Positions 32,397 through 39,763 of a stretch of 39,763 nt of DNA are shown here, piece after piece; position 1 is the first letter of the stretch, and each line of letters opens with the position of its first letter. The stretch comes from a virus (Duplodnaviria; Caudoviricetes). A program made the translations under genes and the position numbers. The notes under the pieces were generated by a model. It searched no databases. It was not told the origin of the DNA and worked only from the letters and a program-made list of their open reading frames with translations. Location: positions 1 through 39,763 of IMG/VR virus record IMGVR_UViG_3300032248_000908. The stretch is one strand, 5' to 3'.

Positions 32397-33041
32397 TTAT
32401 TCTTGTGCTGTGGGGGACGGATATTGTCCTCCAGGTAGATTTTCAGTATTGGTGTTAGTGTCTGTTCCTCTAGTCTCATCGTATTGAGATATACTATAAT
32501 CAGTATATGAGAATGTTACAGGGAGTCTAAGGAGTTGATCGTTAAGTCCCCATCCTAGTTGTATAGATCCTATCTGTTTAGCAAAACAATCTCTAAAATT
32601 GTACTCAGTTATTTGATCTTCTTTTTCATTGTATATTTTTACTTTTAAATCAAAAATATAATTTTTTTTATACTCAATTTCATAAGGATAAGCGCCAGTA
32701 AGTGTTTTGCCATTAATACTAGGATATCCCATAAAGTTAGCTATATTAGTCAGCTCACCGAGCATCGTTGTTAAAGAATTTGTATCGGTAGCTTCTACCA
32801 TAAAATCTATGCTTAACGATGTAAACACTGGACGGAAAACATATTGATCAGAAGGACCATAACCATATCTATGGATAGTCGAGGTTTCTAGCTCTATCGC
32901 GGGTAGTGTTACAGATTCTGTGTAAAACTTCAATGTCTGACTATCAAGTCTCTTAGGGGAAAAATAAACCTCATACAGATTACTCTTTACTAATCCGTTT
33001 TTTAATACTTGTCCTTTGAAATCGGCGATACTAAACGGCAT
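32397..33041 (-). CDS. Tail-tube-fold protein (gp54/gp19-like)
   Basis: G....N.YEV, ESVTLP, IQLGW, LPVTFSY; position next to gp2 and gp26. Confidence 0.7.
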   Translation of the reverse strand: MPFSIADFKGQVLKNGLVKSNLYEVYFSPKRLDSQTLKFYTESVTLPAIELETSTIHRYGYGPSDQYVFRPVFTSLSIDFMVEATDTNSLTTMLGELTNIANFMGYPSINGKTLTGAYPYEIEYKKNYIFDLKVKIYNEKEDQITEYNFRDCFAKQIGSIQLGWGLNDQLLRLPVTFSYTDYSISQYDETRGTDTNTNTENLPGGQYPSPTAQE

Positions 33042-33643
33042 TACCTTCTACCTTTGTTAACCATTCTTGTTGAGTCTCTCCAGACCTGAGTAGATGTTGC
33101 TTTCTGGAATCTCTGTACAGGTAAGAATAAAGCAATATCCCATTCTACAGGTACAATGGCTATAAACTTAGATCTAACATGATCAGAAAGATATCTCTTT
33201 ATACAAGGCGCGATATACTTATTGGTCGCAGCGTTATTCAATATGCTATACGATATCTTTAGTTTGGTGTTGTCATCAAGCTTTGGATCGCTAACATACG
33301 CATACAATAAGTCCATGAGCTTGGCTCTTAGTACATAAGGAAGATAATGAAGGTTTAACCCAAGAAACCCATCAGGGAGTTTTTTGATCGGAAAGATCAG
33401 AGGAAAGGTGTCATAGTAAGGTAGGTCTGCTTTGGTCTTCGGGTCATAGGAAAAGAGGAACATTTTCCCTACCTCTAACCTGTTTGTCAGGGCTTCTCTG
33501 GACTGTAGAAGCTTACCCTCGGTCACGCTACGTGTTTTCTTAGCGGTGTCTCTAAACCACTCTCTCGCCTCCTGCGTCCTTCCAGGAATCTGATTGCTTC
33601 TAACGCCATCGGCTAGAATCTTATCGAAGAGTGCAACTGCCAT
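33041..33643 (-). CDS. 2: DNA end protector protein (gp2-like)
   Basis: YDPKTK..LPYYD.FPL, GLNLHYLP, KRYL..HV.S. Confidence 0.95.
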   Translation of the reverse strand: MAVALFDKILADGVRSNQIPGRTQEAREWFRDTAKKTRSVTEGKLLQSREALTNRLEVGKMFLFSYDPKTKADLPYYDTFPLIFPIKKLPDGFLGLNLHYLPYVLRAKLMDLLYAYVSDPKLDDNTKLKISYSILNNAATNKYIAPCIKRYLSDHVRSKFIAIVPVEWDIALFLPVQRFQKATSTQVWRDSTRMVNKGRR

Positions 33644-34063
33644 TTATTTACCGTAAATCTCTTTTTCTGTTAGTATTTGAAACCTATACCCTCGATCCTT
33701 GCAGTATTCTTCAGCAGCTTTCCATTTAGCTTGGTTAACAGCGTAGGTTACAGCTTCGTTAATAAATGCTTTGGTCTTTTTCTTCGGAGCCACAGGTTGT
33801 AACGTTTGCTGGTAAGGTTTAACCTCTACTACAATGGTCTGATTCTGTTTATTTTTAATTACAAAATCCGGAAAGTATCTGTGTATTCTATTATCAACAG
33901 GAGACCGATAAGGTATAATGAGCTCTTCGCTCGCCCAACCAACAATCTCAGTATTCTTGTCAAAGTAGATCATCATGTCCAGTTCCCACTTCGACCTATA
34001 AATAATGTTGGTTGGGTTACCCAAATACTTCTGTGGATTTTTAGGTTGAAATTTACCCTTCAT
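33644..34063 (-). CDS. 4: Head completion nuclease (gp4-like)
   Basis: KGKF.PKNP.KY.G, YRS.WE, WASEE, HRYFPDF, EVKP, NQAKW.AA; start at ATG 34063. Confidence 0.95.
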   Translation of the reverse strand: MKGKFQPKNPQKYLGNPTNIIYRSKWELDMMIYFDKNTEIVGWASEELIIPYRSPVDNRIHRYFPDFVIKNKQNQTIVVEVKPYQQTLQPVAPKKKTKAFINEAVTYAVNQAKWKAAEEYCKDRGYRFQILTEKEIYGK

Positions 34064-34070
34064 AATTCTA

Positions 34071-34098
34071 TATAAGTATTGCAATAATCTTATTTATA
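34071..34098. promoter_or_regulatory. Face-to-face late promoters serving the divergent genes 4 and 48
   Basis: TATAAATA on minus strand at 34091-34098; TATAAGTA on plus strand at 34071-34078. Confidence 0.65.
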
Positions 34099-34107
34099 AG
34101 GAAAGGT

Positions 34108-35265
34108 ATGCCAGTCTCCTCTGACTCATTAAACGTTCAATTTACCTCTCTGTCAAATCAGACGGTGTCAAATCAACTAGCGCCATCACCTTTGGCGTCG
34201 GGTGGTTCTGTTTCTTCTTTCTTTAGTAACAACTTAACTTCTGCTGGTCTTGGCGCTAAGTCTATTGCTTCTGAAGTTGCGTCAAAGGTTGATAAGCTAT
34301 CTTCTGGGTCTCCGCTAGCGGCGTTTTTTAATTCTGATTCTCCTTCTAGAATATCTGATCAAGAATTAGCTAATCGTAATGTTTCCGAAAAACAAAATCC
34401 GGAAGACAAAACTTCTAATAGCCAAAATAAAACGAATGGTGGGTCAACATATTCTTATCCGCCCGAACAAGCTCCGTATTACATGCAACTGGAATTTTTT
34501 GAATACGCCAGACCAAACCCATTGTCTGAAACAAGCTATCATTCTCGAGGAAAAGTTATTCTACCGCTTCCTATGTCTGATGGGTTTATAGATAGCACCA
34601 CAGCGGGTTGGCAAAGTGTGTCTCTAGGATTAGCGGGAAATGTGTTAGACACCGCAAAACAATTTGGGACGCTAACAGATGCAATGGCGGCGGCGAGTGC
34701 TAAAGATATTGCTAAAGACGCTGCATTTACTGCTTTTCAAAAAGTGATAGGAAAATATGTCGGAGAAGGTGCAGAAGGCGCGATTTCTTCTGCCACTGGA
34801 TTGGCCAAAAACCCAAGTCTTAGCATGTTGTTTAACGGTGTTGAATTTAGAGAGTTTCAGTTATCTTGGAAATTGATTCCTAAAAATCCAGATGAAAGCG
34901 AAAGAATAAAAAACATCATTCGTTTTATTAAACAAAATCATCTTCCAACTTTTTCTGGGACGGGGTCTAGCTTTCTTTTCAATTACCCCTCGCTAGTGCA
35001 ACCTACCTTCGTGGGTGTTACCCGGGACTATATCACCCAATTCAAGAAATGTGCTATAGTGCAAGTGCAAGTAAATTATGCGGGAGAACAACATCCTTCT
35101 TTCTACAAAGGTTCCAGCGCACCCACAGTAATTAACTTGACTCTAACGTTAAAAGAAGTTGAATACGTGCTGTCAAAACATTACGGAGGAAACTACCGGG
35201 GAGATAGCGTCGGCACAGCTATATCGAAAGCAGCTAAAAATCTGAATATCACATTCGACGAGTAA
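34108..35265 (+). CDS. 48: Baseplate tail-tube cap (gp48-like)
   Basis: YP, LP.P, NP....LF.GV.FR.F...WKL.PKN..E, YP, L.LKEVE; synteny. Confidence 0.85.
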   Translation: MPVSSDSLNVQFTSLSNQTVSNQLAPSPLASGGSVSSFFSNNLTSAGLGAKSIASEVASKVDKLSSGSPLAAFFNSDSPSRISDQELANRNVSEKQNPEDKTSNSQNKTNGGSTYSYPPEQAPYYMQLEFFEYARPNPLSETSYHSRGKVILPLPMSDGFIDSTTAGWQSVSLGLAGNVLDTAKQFGTLTDAMAAASAKDIAKDAAFTAFQKVIGKYVGEGAEGAISSATGLAKNPSLSMLFNGVEFREFQLSWKLIPKNPDESERIKNIIRFIKQNHLPTFSGTGSSFLFNYPSLVQPTFVGVTRDYITQFKKCAIVQVQVNYAGEQHPSFYKGSSAPTVINLTLTLKEVEYVLSKHYGGNYRGDSVGTAISKAAKNLNITFDE

Positions 35266-35270
35266 CGTAT

Positions 35271-36188
35271 ATGTCACAATTCTTTAACAAGTTTCCTCCT
35301 GTAACGTATGCTAATGCCGTAGCAAAGAATCTGCTTTCACGGGTTAATATGTCGAAGTTAGCCTTTGACAGCGTACAATCTTTTTACACTTATACGCTTA
35401 AGGACGGTGAAAGACCAGATAACCTATCATACGATTACTATGACAATCCTGACTATGTTTGGCTTATCGGATTATCTAATCAGGTAATAGACCCGTATTA
35501 CGATATCGCCGTAAGCGACAATAATGTAGATACTCTGATTATAAAGAAATATGGCAGTATGCTAAATGCCCAGCATCGTATTCTTTTCTTTGAAAATAAT
35601 TACGAAACAGACGATTCTATAATCAGTCTCTCAGCATACAACGCATATCCTGATGCTAGAAAAAAATACTGGAATCCTCAGTATGGATACAATAACCAGA
35701 TTGTAGGGTATGTACGTAAGCAAGAAGAGTGGGTGGTTACCACAAATCAAACCAATCAAATTACACTTGCTTCTGTTACCGGAACTTTCCTTACCGATGA
35801 AAGACTGGTACAAGACGAAGAAATAATTGCAACTGTAGATTCTTTCTCTGGTACTGCGATGACCATAAAGCATGTAACCAATGTTGCGATTGCTAACGAT
35901 TACCTCAATACTGAAGATAACGCATATTCTTTGGCAACCGAAGACATGTTAAATCTTGTAGAAGAAAGTATGGTTGTAACGGGAGAAACTTCCGGAGCGT
36001 CTGCTTACATCATAACCAACAATATAACCTCCCAGAACATTCCCGCTGATGAACTAATTTACTGGAATGCTGTTACTGCTTATGAATATGAACACAGATT
36101 AAATCATCAGAAGAGAGAGATTAAACTTCTAGACAATCGATATTCAGTAGCAGCCACTAAACAACTCAAAACACTCTTAAGTACATGA
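35271..36188 (+). CDS. 53: Baseplate wedge protein (gp53-like) with insertion
   Basis: FF.KFP, GERPD.LS..YY..P.Y.WLI...N, KKYGS, YEYE...N..KR.IKLL. Confidence 0.88.
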   Translation: MSQFFNKFPPVTYANAVAKNLLSRVNMSKLAFDSVQSFYTYTLKDGERPDNLSYDYYDNPDYVWLIGLSNQVIDPYYDIAVSDNNVDTLIIKKYGSMLNAQHRILFFENNYETDDSIISLSAYNAYPDARKKYWNPQYGYNNQIVGYVRKQEEWVVTTNQTNQITLASVTGTFLTDERLVQDEEIIATVDSFSGTAMTIKHVTNVAIANDYLNTEDNAYSLATEDMLNLVEESMVVTGETSGASAYIITNNITSQNIPADELIYWNAVTAYEYEHRLNHQKREIKLLDNRYSVAATKQLKTLLST

Positions 36189-37435
36189 GTCAGACTTACA
36201 TTCGGTCAGATGCTGTTACGGTTAGTTCTTTAAGGTTAACCGCCAGCAACGGTAAAGCATTTAATATATCGGATCAAGTGGCTCAGTTTAGCATATACGA
36301 AGACGTCATGTTCCCTGTCATTAGAGCAGAGTTTGTGATATTCGATGGCGTGGATTATCTCAACACCATTCCGATTATTGGTGAAGAAGATTTAGAAGTT
36401 GAATTTTCAAACCCTGGATTCGAATCTACTCAATTCAAATTTAAAGTTAAATCGATTGAAAATACGATGATCATGCCGCAAGGCAAAATGAAGACCTACG
36501 TACTTCGTGCTGTTAGTGAAGAGATGTTTATAAACAACACTCGGTATATCACTAGGAAGTATACTACCGAAGCGTGGAATATCGTTATGGATATAATCAG
36601 TAACGACCTCGATACAAATAAACCTTTTGGCGTAGGCGACGAAACCAAAGGTGTACAAGATATCCTGATTAGTAGATTACGTCCGCTGCAAGCTATAGAC
36701 ATGATAAGAAGAAGATCTGTTTCCTTAGATAATCACTCGTCCTCGTATGTGTTTTTTGAAAACAAAAGAGGATTCAATTTTGCTTCTCTAGAGTTTCTTC
36801 TTACCAATCAAGAAAATGTCATTAAAGACAAAATCTTCTTTTATGATACAGCTGGAAATAGCGATGCGAGAAACTTAACCACAAGAAGTGTGCTTAGCTT
36901 ATATAACGTTTCTCAGGTTAATAACACAAAGAAAATGATTTACGGTGGGTTAAATAACATCGTAAAGAAATTCGATTTGTTTACTGGAGAAACTTCTGAA
37001 ACTCTATATGTAAATTCTCAGGATCAGCAAAAGTTTAAATTCGCATCGAAAAATCCACGTCCATTAAATACAAATAAATTCGAACAAGAATACGGACAGG
37101 CAGCTTCTCTATCTATGTTGGTCCCCTATTCAAGTCATCTACCAGAAACATATATCGCTGAATCTCTCGGATTAAAGAATTCGTTCGTCACTAAAATATC
37201 ACAGAACATATATCATGCTTATGTAAATGGTGATACTGTGCTAACTGCCGGAGACGTAATTACCGTGAAGGTTCCTACTATTGTTGGTACAGGAGAAGCT
37301 ACAGAGAATAGACTTTTGGCAGGGAATTACTTAATATCAAAATTGCGTCATATTGTAATCAATGCTTCTTCTGCACAAAAAACATATCATTGCTCGATGG
37401 AATTGATTAAAGGAACGTATGAGGATTATGCATAA
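36185..37435 (+). CDS. Baseplate hub protein (gp27-like position)
   Basis: IYED, PIIGEE, YVFFEN..GFNF.S, GD..L.AGDVI, G.YLI..LRH; between 53 and 5. Confidence 0.75.
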   Translation: MSQTYIRSDAVTVSSLRLTASNGKAFNISDQVAQFSIYEDVMFPVIRAEFVIFDGVDYLNTIPIIGEEDLEVEFSNPGFESTQFKFKVKSIENTMIMPQGKMKTYVLRAVSEEMFINNTRYITRKYTTEAWNIVMDIISNDLDTNKPFGVGDETKGVQDILISRLRPLQAIDMIRRRSVSLDNHSSSYVFFENKRGFNFASLEFLLTNQENVIKDKIFFYDTAGNSDARNLTTRSVLSLYNVSQVNNTKKMIYGGLNNIVKKFDLFTGETSETLYVNSQDQQKFKFASKNPRPLNTNKFEQEYGQAASLSMLVPYSSHLPETYIAESLGLKNSFVTKISQNIYHAYVNGDTVLTAGDVITVKVPTIVGTGEATENRLLAGNYLISKLRHIVINASSAQKTYHCSMELIKGTYEDYA

Positions 37436-38307
37436 TGACTACTAGAAAGATGGGTGAAGAAGGATTACGTTGGTTCGTAGCCATCGTTGAAGATATACAA
37501 GACCCTGAGAAATTGGGTCGTGTAAAGATTAGAGTTATCAACGAACACGACAATCCTTTAAAGCCATTGACCGTCGAAGAGCTTCCTTGGGCTACTCCTA
37601 TACTCCCTCCTACGTCCGCAGGGTTCCAACAGGTAGGTAGGTCCCCCACAGGCTTGTTAGTTGGCTCTCACGTCTTCGGGTTCTATCTAGACGGGAATGA
37701 AAAGAATCTTCCGTTAATATGGGGATCTTATGCTAAACTTCCCGGCAAAGATCAAGCTAAAAACGATGTACCAGCACTTGCTCGTGGGATAAACAGTATA
37801 ACGAAAACACCCGTAGGTCCGGAGCCTGACTCGGCATACAATGCACAATATCCGTATAACCATGTATGGCAAACCAAAGCTGGACATGTTATAGAGGTAG
37901 ACGATACTCCAAACCAAGAGCGTCTACACATCTATCATAATTCAGGCACGTACGTAGAGATTAACCATGACGGACGTCGTGCTACTAAGGTAATTGATGG
38001 TGATATTGAAGTTGTTATAAAAGATAAGACCGTTGCCGTAGGTGGTAATTGCGTTATCGAAGTAGCAGGCTCCTGCACCATATATGCTAAGAACGATGTT
38101 ACAGTAGCGTCTTCGAATAACATCGTTCTTACTTCTGGGGCAGACTCTGGTATACAGTTATCCGCTCCAGGTGGAATTAACATCACTAAGGGGAATGTTC
38201 TTGTTAATGATTCTTTGGGAACTATCCAGGGAGCTACAGGAACGTTTACTTCGTACACTGGTCAAATTATCACGGTTCAAGACGGAATCGTGACTAACAT
38301 TTTTTAA
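37435..38307 (+). CDS. 5: Baseplate central spike (gp5-like) without lysozyme domain
   Basis: WF...VED..DP...GRVKIR, LPWA, YPYNHV..T..GH..E.DDTP..ER....H.SGT; only 290 aa. Confidence 0.92.
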   Translation: MTTRKMGEEGLRWFVAIVEDIQDPEKLGRVKIRVINEHDNPLKPLTVEELPWATPILPPTSAGFQQVGRSPTGLLVGSHVFGFYLDGNEKNLPLIWGSYAKLPGKDQAKNDVPALARGINSITKTPVGPEPDSAYNAQYPYNHVWQTKAGHVIEVDDTPNQERLHIYHNSGTYVEINHDGRRATKVIDGDIEVVIKDKTVAVGGNCVIEVAGSCTIYAKNDVTVASSNNIVLTSGADSGIQLSAPGGINITKGNVLVNDSLGTIQGATGTFTSYTGQIITVQDGIVTNIF

Positions 38308-38316
38308 GGATATATC

Positions 38317-38949
38317 ATGAGCGTATCATCTGGAACATCTCCGATAAACACCGCATTTTTGGATAAATGGATTAACCAACTTCGTTATATGGAAAATGCG
38401 AATTGCGAACAGCTATTAATGATGATAGGTGAAATTGTTCCGTTGTTTGGAGACCTACTGAAAGCTATTTCGAAAGAAATGGCATCATTAACAAGTTTGA
38501 TTGCTTTGTTAGATATTCCTTTTCCTGACCCAGTTTCTATTGTTAAATGGTTAGTTAAATTGGTTTTGGGTAGCGTTGGTCCGCAAATTACAGCTTTGGT
38601 AAATTATGCAATTGCGCTTATTACTCTTGCTGCAAAGCTAGCAGAGCTTATTGTGTTGGTTGAAGAGCTAATCCCTAAGGTAGAACATTGCTTTACAGAG
38701 TTCCCTAATGCAATATTGAATACGCTAAAGGCAGATGTTGATGGTTTGATTTATAGCACTCTGAATAAGATAGATCATTTTCAAGCCGACTTAACCAAAT
38801 TGGATCCCACTCATTTTACCGCAGATATACTGATTGATACATCAAGCCCTACTAACTTTTTAGCAACTGCATCTTTGAATTCTCAATTACTATTAAATAA
38901 AGTGAACACCTATAACCCGCCTCCGAAAACGAAAAAAGATGAAGAGTAA
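38317..38949 (+). CDS. Hypothetical hydrophobic helical protein in the baseplate block
   Basis: AAGGA RBS; long L/I/V/A-rich central region. Confidence 0.7.
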   Translation: MSVSSGTSPINTAFLDKWINQLRYMENANCEQLLMMIGEIVPLFGDLLKAISKEMASLTSLIALLDIPFPDPVSIVKWLVKLVLGSVGPQITALVNYAIALITLAAKLAELIVLVEELIPKVEHCFTEFPNAILNTLKADVDGLIYSTLNKIDHFQADLTKLDPTHFTADILIDTSSPTNFLATASLNSQLLLNKVNTYNPPPKTKKDEE

Positions 38950-38954
38950 AGGTC

Positions 38955-39383
38955 ATGGCACAAATATACAATCAAGATAAGTTTACTCCACTTACTACAC
39001 AGACTCGAATCTATAGTGATTTCTTCACTAACTTCGACGTGCATCCGGATAACCATGACCTTGTTATAAAGAAAAACGAAGAAGCCGTAAAAACAGCTAT
39101 ACGTAATCTTATTCTAACCAATAAATATGAAAGACCATTTCAGCCTAATTTTGGTAGCAACATCAAAAAGTTTTTGTTTGATCCCATAACTCAAATAACA
39201 CAACAAAACATTAAAGATGAAATAACTCATACAATTGAAACGTATGAGCCTAGAGCTAACCTAATAGAAGTTAGAGTAACTCCTTACGTAGACGATAACG
39301 CATACCGTGTTACGATCGTTTTTTCAATAATAAATATAAACACACCGATTACTTTAAATACCTTCCTGTATAGGATCAGATAA
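38955..39383 (+). CDS. 25: Baseplate wedge subunit (gp25-like)
   Basis: YSD, AVK.AIRNLILT...ERPFQP.FGS, YEPRA. Confidence 0.95.
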   Translation: MAQIYNQDKFTPLTTQTRIYSDFFTNFDVHPDNHDLVIKKNEEAVKTAIRNLILTNKYERPFQPNFGSNIKKFLFDPITQITQQNIKDEITHTIETYEPRANLIEVRVTPYVDDNAYRVTIVFSIININTPITLNTFLYRIR

Positions 39384-39763
39384 TGGCAAATACCAGCATC
39401 AATTTAACCAGTCTAGATTTTAACGACTATAAAAATTCGCTTAAGACATACCTTAAGTCTCAAGCTACATTTCAAGACTATAACTTTGATGCTAGTAACA
39501 TAAGTGTTATCCTAGATCTGCTTTCTTATAACACTTATTTGAATGCATTTTATTTGAATATGATAGGGTCTGAAATGTTTTTGGACACTGCTGTTCTAAG
39601 AGACTCTGTGGTGTTAAAAGCGAAGGAATTGAATTACACACCACGTTCATTTAAATCTGCATATGCTAACGTAAACCTCGTTGTGGGTAATGTTAGCACA
39701 TCTGTTTCTTTGATCACTATTCCGAAAGGCACTTCGTTTACTGGGAAACTCGGATCAAATAAT
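39383..39763 (+). CDS. 6: Baseplate wedge subunit (gp6-like), 3'-truncated
   Basis: Hand translation MANTSINLTSLDFNDYKNSLKTYLKSQATFQDYNFDASNISVILDLLSYNTY...EMFLDTA..RDSVV..AKELNYTPRS. Confidence 0.93.
   Translation, partial: MANTSINLTSLDFNDYKNSLKTYLKSQATFQDYNFDASNISVILDLLSYNTYLNAFYLNMIGSEMFLDTAVLRDSVVLKAKELNYTPRSFKSAYANVNLVVGNVSTSVSLITIPKGTSFTGKLGSNN

Noticed and set aside
1-39763. Stop-codon reassignment
   Set aside because: Core genes are full length in the standard code, and TAA, TAG and TGA all terminate well-supported genes

Overview
This window is a ~40 kb segment of a large T4-like myophage genome (standard genetic code, Gram-negative host implied by the spanins). It holds a late block of probable head-packaged and virion proteins (1-11 kb), an embedded Rz/Rz1 spanin pair, and a replication/nucleotide block (primase gp61, thyX, nrdA-speD-nrdB, dCMP deaminase, GIY-YIG). 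Next comes a GC-richer early island of short genes, driven by six near-identical sigma70-type promoter cassettes. The right side carries gp33/gp59/gp32 and a tail/baseplate block (tape-measure-like, gp51, gp26, gp54-like, gp2, gp4, gp48, gp53, hub, gp5, gp25, start of gp6). Four signals stand out. (1) A methylotrophy-directed auxiliary module: intact-looking RuMP genes hps and phi, plus a 23-aa pqqA (PQQ precursor) that the ORF track missed. (2) Two candidate ribosome-rescue components: a permuted two-piece tmRNA (tag ANDDFYGDYALAA) and a 39-aa ArfA-like early peptide. (3) A U8 slippery site that would fuse the gp26-like and gp51-like frames by -1 frameshifting just upstream of the tape-measure-like gene, as in lambda G/GT. 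(4) Many proteins starting with a T4-type capsid-targeting sequence, including ligase-like, nucleotidyltransferase-like and HAD enzymes. All calls come from reading motifs by eye and from recalled family knowledge; no database searches were run.
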